Positions 53,115 to 64,000 of a stretch of DNA of 64,000 nucleotides are shown one piece after another. This DNA comes from Octopus bimaculoides (lineage: Eukaryota): contig NC_068985.1 in the NCBI RefSeq assembly GCF_001194135.2, positions 36,718,978-36,782,977 on the forward strand. Direction: 5' to 3'. A program made the position numbers and the translations under genes. Positions within the stretch are counted from its first letter, which is position 1, and every line of letters starts with the position of its first letter. The notes under the pieces were generated by a model, which saw nothing but the letters and a program-made list of their open reading frames with translations, was not told where the DNA came from and did not search any database.

Positions 53115-53647
53115 CCTTTCATAGAGGAGGATCTGCGATAATCTGGAGAAGGGCTATATCTTGGAAATCCGCTGCTCCAATGGTTTCCCTTCATGGCAGA
53201 ATTAATAGTCAAGACTATATAAGCATTTTATCTGATCAAATTCATCCTATGGTTGCGGAAATGTTTCCGGAGAGAAATACAATCTTTCAGGATGATAATG
53301 CACCAATTCCTACAGCTAAAGTTGTTACTGAATGGTACGAGGAACATTATAGTGAAATCGAACATATAATCTGGCCACTACAGTCCCCAGATATCAACAT
53401 CATTGAACATTTATGTTGCATTTTAGAAAAACCAAGTAAAGAGTCGATATCCTCCACCATCATCACTGAACTGGAGACTGTTTTAGCTGAAGAATGGACA
53501 AAAATTCCTTTGGAAACAATTCAAACTTTGTACGAGTCCATACCTCGTAGAATTCTAGCTGTAATTACTGCCAAACGCGGTCCTACCCCATAAAATAAAT
53601 TTGTTTGAAATTTTAAGGTGTCTCCATTATTTTGTCCAACGCTTGTA
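53115..53647 (+). mobile_element. Tc1/mariner transposase 3' fragment with right terminal repeat
   Basis: HRGGSAIIW...AISW, FQDDNAPIPT, WPLQSPDINIIEHL, SIPRRILAVITAKRGPTP: Tc1 DD34E C-terminal motifs with substitutions. Ends ATTATTTTGTCCAACGCTTG followed by TA. Confidence 0.92.
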
Positions 53648-56479
53648 CATATACGTACAAATATAGAGTGAGTAATAAATGTCGGTTAGCTTGGTTTAAT
53701 GTACGATTTTAATTCTCGTTCGGAACTGCTTAAACGCTGCAGATAACATTTGGTAAATTATATTTGTCACAACTCCCAATTTTCTTTCTCCTGTCGTAAA
53801 ATTACTCCATTGTTGCTGTTGCTGTTCATATAATGAAAATTCATTTAATATTCAAAGGTACTTATCACTCTTCCCGCAAACACGTCTTGGGTTGAAATAA
53901 CATGATGGAAGACACTGTTCCAAGATACACGCGGTGGAATCGAACCCGATACTTCACAATTGAGAAGTAACACTTTTAATCATTCGGCAGGCCTGCACCG
54001 AAACATAGAAACACACACACACACACACACACACACACGATACAAGACAAGGTATTTATTCATGGTTTATATATAATGAGAAACGAAAAATAAAAAAGGT
54101 GCAAGAATTATAATTTCGAGTTTAACTATAATTAAAAAAAAAAATTAAATTGCTTAAAGAAAGTCTTCTTCCCCAACTCTTATGTAAAGTGTCACATCAG
54201 ATTCAGAAGCGCTAAATGAATGATGCCGATTAGGCGATCTACAATAAGTCAGAAACATTGATAAGAATATTTCTTCTGAATGCAAATAAATCGCATTATA
54301 CATTGAGATTTAACTTCAGTAATCGTTGTGTCACTATAGGCTAGAAACAAAGCAGGTGATACACTTGCATTTTATAAATGCTTTATAATATAATGGGTTA
54401 TCAAGCAACATAGTTTTAGGGACGTGTTAATAAGAAGAATAAATTTATAAATTCGAAGGAATTACCTAACATTTGCCCTGACGAGAATTTCTGATACAAA
54501 TATGATTTCGTAATTAAAGCTGGTTGGAAGATGTATATATTTCAGTGTATACAGGAGAATATAATAGAAAGAAAGAAAAAAAAATTCAATTAATCAGTTT
54601 AATATGTAGAAAGCTTTTCACAATCTAAAAACTGGTCAAAATCAACAGAAATTTTGGGGAATTAATTTGCTCATTTCTTATCTCTCCGCTGAGTTTTCAG
54701 GAAAGTCGGCCATATTTCAGTCGCTCTAGGTAATCCATTTCCATCAATGACATAATAAATAGATTTTTATAAGAAATTTCCACTTTTACAAGTTCAAGTT
54801 TAAATAAATGTCTTTGTATATTTACAACTCCCTACACTTCAAATCAATTTAATCATTCAAAATAAATAAAATGGATGCTTTGTCTTTCTCTTTCTCGGCA
54901 TTCAACAAAGAAAAGATATTCAGTTCTCTATATCTCTCATGTAATTCTTTTTCTTTTTCTTCATCTATATTGAAGAAACAAATATTTTCTCTCTTACGTT
55001 CGCTTAGTTTCTGTCAGTTGAAAGCGAAGTGAGAGAAGTGATGAAATATCGTCCCTTTTACTTTCTTCCTCGCTTTAATATCTTCTAAGTATTGCTGATT
55101 CCAACCTTTACATATTCCTTCACCCATTTTTTCTCCTTCATATCTTTTAATTGTCTCATTTATTCTACGTCTAACAGACATATGAGCCAAAATACTTTGT
55201 TCATATCTTTTACTTTATTTTTATTTTTAGTTTCAATAAGAAAAAAAAAAAGAAGAGAGTAAGAACACAGAAAACAATATAAAATACACATAAAATAAAT
55301 ATAAAATAAATACGTCATAAAACGATAAAAGCAATGAAGACAAGATGGTCATTAATCTAGATTCTGCCTTCTTGATAGATTTGAGTCATTAGAGATTTCT
55401 ACAAAACAGCAGATACACCCGGCAAGTGGTAAGATAACAGTAAGGAAAGCAAAGTAAAAAGTTCGGAAGAATAATGACAGTAACAGCAGTAACAGCAGCA
55501 GCAACACCACGAGAAAAAAAAGTAACAGCAACATCAGTAGCAGGAGCAGCAGCAGAGTAAACATAATAAAATGAAAAGCAACAGCAGCACCTGCAATTTG
55601 GCTCCGTTCCTACCTCAACACAGTGCCAGGCGTAAAAACAAAACTTCTACGAATGGAACAAACGATTCAGTTAAAAGGGATATACTGGGATATCAGATGT
55701 AGTTGAGAACTTGGAGGTATACAGTAAAAATTTCTCTTGAACCATGAAAATATTGGAACTAAATCAAATAATTCATCTACACTGCTGCACTACACTTAAC
55801 ATATACAACTATGCTATACAATATATAGTGAGTGTGTAGTACAAAGCAACGAAGGTGCCTCTGCTTGGTCACTCGACCTTTCTAGAAATAACGACCAAAT
55901 CATCTCTCTAGCCTCAACTACCGACTCAAAAATAAGTTGTATTGGATAGTGTAGTATTCTATGCTCGAAAACCAATAGAATTTTCATGGCAGGGATCCTT
56001 TGACATTAGGTCAGTTCTATGAGAGATGGGGATAAGCAACAACAGCAATAACACCAAAGCCATCACCAACAACAACAACAGCAACAGCAACACTATGATG
56101 TATTGTGCTATACACTAAGTTGCTACATACTATTACTCATTAACATTAGATCAAACTTACCAAGAAAACTATATATGCTGTGTGAATTATGCCAGAAAAG
56201 TTGTAAACGCAAAACAAAATTGAAGAGGTAATTATTGTTAAAACAGAAGTAGATAAATCGAAGCCGTCAAATCCACTTACTTGTACTTTATTTTATTGAC
56301 CCCCCCCCCGAAAGGATGAAAGGCAAAATTGGTCTCGAGATAAGTGAGTCGAAGAATTGAGTAACTTGTTAAAAACCGTGTGAGATATAAAGACAATGAC
56401 TCTCACTATGTAAAATTCAAAGGGCCAAATGAAACATAATAAACATATTCTAGGTAAAATGGTTCACATCCACCCCAAT

Positions 56480-57400
56480 AAAAATTGCAAATTCTTACAA
56501 TTTGATATTAAGGATTTCCACCCATCAAGAAGAAAATACAGCAACTATTAAATGCTCTTAAGTTTACCAAACTGGTGACTAACATTGACGACTCTAAAAA
56601 CGAAGTAATCTTGCATATTAGTAAGAGTATGCTTTACTCTGATCAAATTATTTAGATGAAAAGATACAACCTGCCATTCGTTTTTAGCATGGTGCTAAAT
56701 ATTCAGCTGAGATTAGTGATATTCAAATCCAAATTGGAGTCAAGCTTTATAGAGACGACGGTTTTCTTTCAGTAAGGAACCTTAGACATTCAGAGAAATT
56801 CTTGAAGAACTTTTATAAGACACAGGAATACAAATAACTACAAACACCAACCTTAGGACGTCACCTCGAACTTATTCTTCTTATCGTAAAACCAACTAGA
56901 CACTACGTTCACATATATTCCAACCTCTCTAAGAATATAATCAATAAGAAAGATATTTCTCTGAGGTTATCTCCTCAAATAACAAATTTTTAATGATTCC
57001 ACAAATTATTTCTCCCCAGTGAATTCAGAGATAAAATTAAGTATGTAAAATATATCAAGAAGACCAAAATTTCTAATAAGGAAAGAAACACAATGTGGTT
57101 CAATTCACTGTCTAATTTGGCTGTAATAAAACTGGCCTTCAAAAAATTCTTCACGCTACTGAAACAATATTTCCTCCCCATGACATCAGTATTATAAGAT
57201 ATTAAAAGAAAACTAAATCAAAATATATTCAACTGCGCTTAATTTTGTACAGATTTCAGCAACTTTCAGCGACTCTTAACCTAATTCTCTCCCACACAAC
57301 TGTATTATTATATAATCCTAATAATCGTCAGTTAATATCACCGAGCAACATTACTAATGAACAGCTTTTCTGTAGCATCTGTTTGTTTAAGTGGTTACTG
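56480..57400 (+). mobile_element. Decayed Penelope-like RT plus linker
   Basis: NKNCKFLQFDIKDFHPS, GVKLYRDDGFLSVRNL (YxDD), YVHIYSNLSKNII and RNTMWFNSLSNLAV...KKFFTLLKQYF, all colinear with the PLE RT and linker. Many frameshifts. Confidence 0.85.
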
Positions 57401-58144
57401 TCAGCATACTCAAACGTTCTGTAATCAGAATAAATGTAATGACAAGTCATATTCTATTTTCATACGGTTTATCAAGATTAGAGATATAGTTTACAACTTT
57501 AAATGGAAGATACTTCTCTTCGCCGAAAATTAAAATAGTAATTACTTCATGATACATACCTTTAAAAACAGCTAAAAACTCTTTACTCCTTGTCAATAGA
57601 GGTAGGTAGTCACTGCCTTATCTGTTAATATCTACAATGTTCATATGTATGTATGTATGCTTGTATGCATGTATGTTGTGTGTATGTATCTATATGTTTA
57701 CTATGCAATATTGTATTTCAACTCTAATTTTCCGGTTGTCTCTCTTTGCATATTATTTTCTTTTTTATTCATCCGAATGATTCACCTGCCTTTTGTTTCG
57801 TTTTGTTTCCAAGCCACCTTTCTCATCTTATTCTTTTGTCTTTTTTTGGCTTCAAGCAGAAGCTGTGGTCATGCTGATGCATCACTATAACTTTTTAACA
57901 ATTTACTATATTCCAGAATTCTATTCTAACACTATATTCCAGTATTCTACTTCAATAGTAGCTGCCTATTTAACTTTTTTTAGTATTGATTAAAAAAAAG
58001 GCTGAAACTACTGACACACATGCACACACAAGCACAAACATACACACACAGACACACACACGCACACAGATATACATAACTTTATTCAGCATATACATAT
58101 ATACACAATAAATATTTACCTTTCTCGGAGTGATACATGGATGA

Positions 58145-58335
58145 CAATTATTTAACTGGCACTTCGTCGGTTACGACGACGAGGGTTCCAGTTGATAAGA
58201 TCAACAGAACAGCCTGCTCATGAAATAAACGTGCATGTGGATGAGCACTCCACAGGCACGTGTACCGTTAAGTTAGTTCTCAGAGAGATTCAGTGTGACA
58301 CAGAATGTGACAAGACTGACCCTTTGAATACATTA
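58145..58335 (+). mobile_element. Interspersed repeat fragment (SINE 3' portion)
   Basis: GC-richer block TTAACTGGCACTTCGTCGGTTACGACGACGAGGG...ACAGCCTGCTC..., recalled as a common octopus SINE body. Single copy in this window. Confidence 0.4.
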
Positions 58336-58494
58336 CATTGATGACAATGATAAAAGAAAAAGAAAAGTACAGAAGTGAATGATGACCGATTACTTTTAAG
58401 AGTTAAAAATAGACAATCAATTATATTTATAGGGAAAATGACCGGAGATAATTACCGCAATAAATTACAATTCATTGCTAAAAATCAACTTTAC

Positions 58495-58900
58495 GCGTGA
58501 CTGTGTGGTAAGAAGCTTGTTTCCCAACCACATGGTTCTGGATTCAGTCCCACTGTGTGGTACCTAGGGTAAGTGTCTTCTACTATAGTCTCGAGCCGAC
58601 CAAAGCCTCGTGAGTGGATTTGGTAGACAGAAACTGAAAGAAGCCCATATGTATGTGTGTCTGTATGTATGTAAGTATGCATGTCTTTGTATATGTGCTT
58701 ATCCCTCCTCCACCGCTGGACAACCGGTGTTGGTGTGTTTGCGTCCCCGTCACTTAGCGGTACGGCAAAAGAGGCCGATAGAATATGTATCAGGCTTAAA
58801 AAAAGTACTGGGTTCGATTCGTTCGACTAAAACCCTTCAAAGCGGTGCCCGAGTATGGTTGCAGTTGAATGACTGAAACAAGTAAAAGATAAAAGATAAA
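58495..58900 (+). mobile_element. Full-length SINE family A copy
   Basis: Head, CORE-like CCTAGGGTAAGTGTC, internal (TATG) tract, and 3' half ending AACAAGTAAAAGATAAAAGATAAAAG. Confidence 0.9.
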
Positions 58901-59887
58901 AGACTGCTATACTGCTGTCATAGTATAGTGTCTCCCTAATTTTCTGCTTCCATAGTTGCTATTTCATTTGTTAGTAATGTCTTGTTACAAAGCCAAATTC
59001 TTATACTTACATTAATCTCCACCAACACTCACCTTCAACCAAACTCCAAATTTAACCTACCCTTAACGATTGTGTCCAATCACATTTCCTTACATACGAA
59101 GGCCGAACATATATAACTAAATTAAAGCTACAATTCTTATAATCAGAATCATTTCTATCACACTCCATATCTAATACTTCAACGTCTCAATGGGAAGTTC
59201 ACAATTTTAATTTAGATCACACCATTCTTATAGAACGTTGTCTTTACTTTCACCTAGTTAGAAATCACCTAGTTAGAAATCACATCCATACAATAATACT
59301 TTACATTTTAAATGCTAGAACTATATACTTTCTCTACACATTAAATCGATTACTTGATAACATATCATATTGCTGTAATTTGATAGCATTACTAGCGTAT
59401 ATTACTTGTGTTCGCTATCATCTAAAACCGCAGCATTATTTTCGTCCTACCTATCTACATCAACTGCCCTAGTAAATTGTATTATTGTTCTATCCACTAA
59501 AATTAATATTATCTTATAACCTACAGCAATACAAAACCCTTTATTTTATCAATGACTTCTATAGTTATTTTTATCATACTTTATGTCATTTATCATGTGA
59601 TATAGGATTTTGTATTATTTTTCATACACCTTTTTATTATCTTTCATACTTTCTCTTAATTTCTCTCAATATAGCTGTTCCTTTTAGCTCAATTATATAT
59701 GATGTAAAATATATTGTTTTAGTATCAATGATAAAACTGTACCATTTATTGCGTTTGGTTTGTCCACTTTATATCGTCTATCCTAAAATAAGAATTGAAG
59801 ATGCAAAACTTGCATACATTTCCCCCATAACTCAGTACTCTTAGTTTACATAAACAGATACACACATAATTAGTTACCTCTATAATA

Positions 59888-60480
59888 TCCTTTCTATTAT
59901 AGGCACAAGGCCTGAAATTTGGGGGGGGGGAGGACTGTCGATTATATCGACCACAGTACTCAATTTATCGACCCTGAAAGGTAAAGTCGACCTCGGCGGA
60001 ATTTGAACTCAGAACGTAGCGACGGGCGAAATACCGCTAAGTATTTCGTCCCACGTGCTAACAATTCTGCCAGCTCGGCGCCTTAGTGACCTCTATAATA
60101 TATTGACATTATTAACCAGCGAGTAGGCAGAATCGCTAGCACGCCGGGTAAAATGCTTAGTAGCATTTCGTCCGTTGCTACATTCTGAGTTCAAATTCCA
60201 CCGAAGCCGACTTTGCCTTTAATCCTACGGGGTCGATAAAATAAGTACCAGTTGAACACTGGAGTCGATGTGATCGGCTATATCTCCACACCATCCAAAT
60301 TACAGGCCTTGGACCTGAAATAGAAAGGATTGTTAACCAGCAGTTAACTGGCAATATCGTTGCGCATCGGTCAAAATGCTTAGCGGCATTTCTTCTGAAC
60401 TCAAATGACGCCGACGCCAGCTTTGCCTTTCACCTTTTCAAGGTCGATAAAAATACAGTACTAGTAAAATTTTATTATTT
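59888..60480. mobile_element. SINE family B cluster: head-to-head inverted pair plus a third copy
   Basis: 59888-60085 (-), 60120-60335 (+), 60337-60480 (+, decayed). Confidence 0.88.
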
Positions 60481-60489
60481 ATGCGCCCT

Positions 60490-60785
60490 TTTAAAGCCTA
60501 TCCAGGCTCATGGGCTCGGTTTCCCGGTTTCTATGGCGTATGGTCCCCACCACCCAGCTGGACGGGACGCCAGTCCATCGCAGCGTTACTCAAGAAATAG
60601 GAAGAGTGAGAGATAGTTGGGGCGAAAGAGTACAACAAAAGTCGTCACCACCGCTTGCCGGAGCCTTGTAGAGCTTTAGGTGTTTCGCTCAATAAACACA
60701 CACAACGCCCGGTGTGGGAATCGGAACTGCGATCCTCCGAGCGCGAGTCCGCTGCCTTAACCACTGGGCCATTGCGCCTCCACAA
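60490..60785 (-). mobile_element. tRNA-derived V-SINE-like element
   Basis: Head GGCGCAATGGCCCAGTGGTTAAGGCAGCGG...GTTCCGATTCCC and V-domain-like GCTGCGATGGACTGGCGTCCCGTCCAG. GC-rich and well preserved. Confidence 0.75.
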
Positions 60786-61494
60786 GTCAGTTGCTGGATT
60801 TAATGTGATTAATTACTGGATCGATTTGCCCCATCACCTCAAAACTGCTGCCCTTGTATCAAAATTATAAAGAATTATTGATATTTTAGTAAACCTATTA
60901 CCCTTGTAGTTGTCATCCACCTTATGATAATTTTCCTTGTCACTCCGTTACTTATCTCGTCTGTAACGCTTCAACATAATTAGTTGAAGGGGAGGGAAGG
61001 GAGGAATGGAAGGGTTTGTGAGGGTGGAGAGGGGGTGTGAAGGGAGGTTTTGGTGGTGGTGAGTGAAATGAGTAATATTTTTAAAACTAAGGTTTTGGTT
61101 CCGTTATTTCACCTGTCTGTAACGCTTTCACGTGATTAGTTGAAGAGAAAAGTGAAGAGCGAAAGAAAAAGGAAAGAAAAAGAGGGTAAGGCGAAGAGCG
61201 AAAGACAAAGAGGGAGAGTGTCGTGTATTAAGTCTATAAAATTGTGCATAGAGTATATAAAGTGCATTAAATAATCATCGTATTCCAGTTTCCTTCACTT
61301 TTCAATGATTAGCAAATAAGCGACTATCTCTTGATACAGACACAACACAGGCTAGGCCTTCAGGTTTTTTGGATAAAGTTTTCAGAAATAATCCAATAAG
61401 TTTACCCTTAGTTATGAAATATTCACGGATCCCGTTAGCAAGTTATTATTATTACACCTATAATACTGGTATTGCAACGATACAATATCTCATT

Positions 61495-61725
61495 AAGGCG
61501 GTGAGCTGGCAGAAACGTTAGCACGCCGGGCGAAATGCTTAGCGGTATTTCGTCTGCCGTTACGTTCTGAGTTCAAATTCCACCGAGGTCAACTTTGCCT
61601 TTCATCCTTTCGGGGTCGATAAATTAAGTACCAGTTACGCACTGGGGTCGATGTAATCGACTTAATTCATTGGTCTGACTTGTTTGTCCCCTCTATGTTT
61701 AGCCCCTTGTGGGCAATAAAGAAAT
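61495..61725 (+). mobile_element. Young SINE family B copy with an alternative 3' tail
   Basis: Standard 5' ~170 nt, then TTTGTCCCCTCTATGTTTAGCCCCTTGTGGGCAATAAAGAAATA in place of the usual GGCCTTGTGCCTA..AGAAAGGATT tail. Confidence 0.85.
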
Positions 61726-61763
61726 AAGAAACGTTAGCACGCCGGGCGAACTGCTTAGCGGTG

Positions 61764-62945
61764 TCCCGTCTCTGTGAAGTTTTTACGTGAGTTTATGTTG
61801 AAGTGTTTATCGAATTGCTGCCATTGTTGTTTGAATTGTTTCCGCTGTTGATTCGTTAATTGTTGTTTTGTTTCCCATTGTGGGAAAATGGAGAAGGCGC
61901 CGGAGGCAGGCCCAAGTAATGCAGCCGTAACGGACAAAGGAGTAGACGCGCGCGAGTTGGAGGTCCGCGAGATAAAAGTGGAGCCTAGAAAGATGAAGGA
62001 GAGTGAGAAATTAATAAGAAAGGAAGGAGACACTTTGAAGCTAACACCGCCTGAAAAGCTATCGGCCAACGTGACAAAAAGAACGGTTATATTTAAAACC
62101 ATGAAGGTAGTCACGAGAAAGATAGAGATTGCAACAATAGAGGCCATAGAGGAATGTGTTAAGAACATAAAAAGATTCACCACATACATTACGAAAGGGA
62201 GAAGATACGCCACTGTGGAGGTGCGCTTCACAACGGAGGAGGAAGCAATAAAGCACTCCACAGAGGCAAGAAGGACAGAGGAATGGGCGCTCTTGCCTTC
62301 GAACTGCGGCAAACGTGTGGCCAAGATGCGAGTGGATAAGATACCACCCGAATTGAAAGAAAAATGGCTGATGACAGTCATAGCATATAATATGAAGGAC
62401 GGGAAGATTCTGAAGGCTACAAGTATCCAGAAGGTGAACTACTGGGGATATGGTATCGAATTAAATGATTCAGTCAACAACGGAGGACTTGAATAATGTG
62501 GTGGATGAGATTATGCTACCAGAAGATGTGAACCTGAGAGTTATTGTGGAGAAAGGGGGCCACATGAAGGCATGGTATACCCAAAGAAAGCCACAAACAG
62601 AACAGGAGGAGAGACAGGAGAGTGTGGACCAGGTAGTACAAGACAAGGCAACAGAAAAAGAAACGGTGAATGAATTCACTATGGTTAAAAAGAAAAGAAG
62701 GAAGAGCGGAGGAATGAGTTCTCCGCCAGAGAAGCAGAAAAAGAAGAGAGAAGAGGTGAGAAAAGAAACTGTGAAGGAGGGCAGTAAGAAGGAAGAAAAA
62801 AGTAAAAAGAAAGTGGAGTTACCAGTGGAGAAAGAGTCGGAAACCCAACTGTATGAAGGTTAGATGGAAATACTATTTATGGAGGAAGAAAAGAAAGAAC
62901 AAAAAGTCCAAGAGAAAAGAAAGAAGATACGAGGAGGAGATGGAG
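61764..62945 (+). mobile_element. 5' end of an L1/Tx1-type LINE: 5'UTR plus frameshifted gag-like ORF1 (61888-62496 and 62465-62863)
   Basis: Non-repetitive ORFs of 202 and 132 aa. RRM-like YATVEVRFTTEEEA and LLPSNCGKRVAKMRV..IPPE, a zinc-knuckle remnant GHMKAWY, and a K/E-rich C-terminus. No ORF2 is visible. Confidence 0.7.
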
Positions 62946-63569
62946 TGTAGTATTATGTGACGTACCCACAAAAAGTTGAAACATAAAACGATAATCAAGT
63001 TTCATTTGTAGGTAGGTATAAGTACGTGGATAGAAAACCTCGCACAAAAGCAAAAGTACGCATAAACACAAACACAGAAATACACAGACACGCAACTTTA
63101 CTCGGAAAAAATATATCATAAAGAATGAATACATATATAAATACTTAGAGTACATGCTCACATACATACATACATACATGCATACATATACATACATGCA
63201 TGCATACATACATACATGCATACATACATACATACACATGTATATGCATATATGTATATGCATATATATATATATATATANNNNNNNNNNNNNNNNNNNN
63301 NNNNNNNNNNNNNNNNNNNNNNNNNNNNNNNNNNNNNNNNNNNNNNNATATATATGTATATTTATATATATATATATACATGCAACTACATACGTAAGCA
63401 CTTACAAAGAGAAATAGCACATACGTACGATTGTGAACCACTTAAGCACACAGCCGCATCACTGAGAGAGAGAAAAACATCTACACAAGCTCCTAGATTT
63501 TGGCACATACACATATACGAAATTCCCTATCTTTCTATCTGTATGTGTGTCTTTATGAATGCATGTATA

Positions 63570-63690
63570 TATGTGTGTATGTATGTATGTATGTATGTAT
63601 GTGTGTATGTATGTATGTATGTATGTATGTATGTATGTATGTATGGATGTATTTATGTATGTACGTATGTATGTATGTATGTGTGTTTTT
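63570..63690. repeat. (TATG)n tetranucleotide microsatellite
   Basis: Directly visible. Similar (CA)n, (TA)n, (TATC)n and (TATG)n tracts occur throughout the window. Confidence 0.95.
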
Positions 63691-64000
63691 GTGTACGTAT
63701 GTATGTATGTGTGTTTTTGTGTACGTACGTATACAATAACCATATTAAATATATAACCAGATAGCAGAGAAAAAGAGGGCGGTAACTAAATAGAATAAGT
63801 GGCTTTGTTCAATCCAGTTGTGAGCAATGATTCCACACTGATGACTAATTTAGAGTCAAGTCATTTATCATGAATTGGCGAGGCTGGAAGATTGAAACAG
63901 ATCTGAAAAATTTTGACATACCGCCCAGAGTGAGTTTGTTTTTCTTGGCCACTCCTATAATACTCTCATTGGCCAGCTATATATATATATATATATATAT

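Noticed and set aside
54478-54515. CTGACGA / CTGATGA cores here and at about 26675, 34690 (-), 43270 (-) and 63839
   Set aside because: No correctly placed GAAA, stem III or stem I, so these are not hammerheads.
59100-59560. YFNVSMGSS motif suggesting another Penelope RT remnant
   Set aside because: A single short motif in very AT-rich sequence is insufficient to call.
63839-63929. TGATGA...CTGA (C/D snoRNA-like) and short ORF MNWRGWKIETDLKNFDIPPR ending at gtgagt
   Set aside because: No terminal stem or recognisable guide sequence, and the ORF is only 20 codons with no supporting evidence.

Overview
AT-rich eukaryotic (animal) genomic DNA with about 14 assembly gaps, most of them beside (TA)n/(CA)n microsatellites. 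The SINE families and microsatellite density resemble an octopus/coleoid cephalopod genome; this is inferred from recalled repeat families, not from a search. Nearly all ORFs in the supplied track are artefacts of microsatellites or N-runs. No host gene could be named. Recognisable content: (1) dozens of tRNA-derived SINE copies from at least 4 families, including tandem arrays and inverted pairs; (2) decayed retroelement fragments: CR1-type RT, several Penelope-like RT and GIY-YIG pieces, RTE-type and restriction-like-endonuclease LINE 3' ends, and an L1/Tx1-type ORF1; (3) DNA elements: a Tc1 transposase 3' end, a complete MITE with perfect 28-bp TIRs, an 8-bp TSD and internal TTAGGG repeats, a hAT-like MITE, and a complete Helentron/DINE-1-like non-autonomous element; (4) a U6 snRNA retrocopy with an inverted 5' segment, joined to a full-length SINE; (5) type I hammerhead ribozyme motifs with palindromic stem III, one with a fully canonical core (19474-19530); (6) several very short minus-strand segments flanked by strong splice signals, which may be micro-exons of a large unidentified gene.
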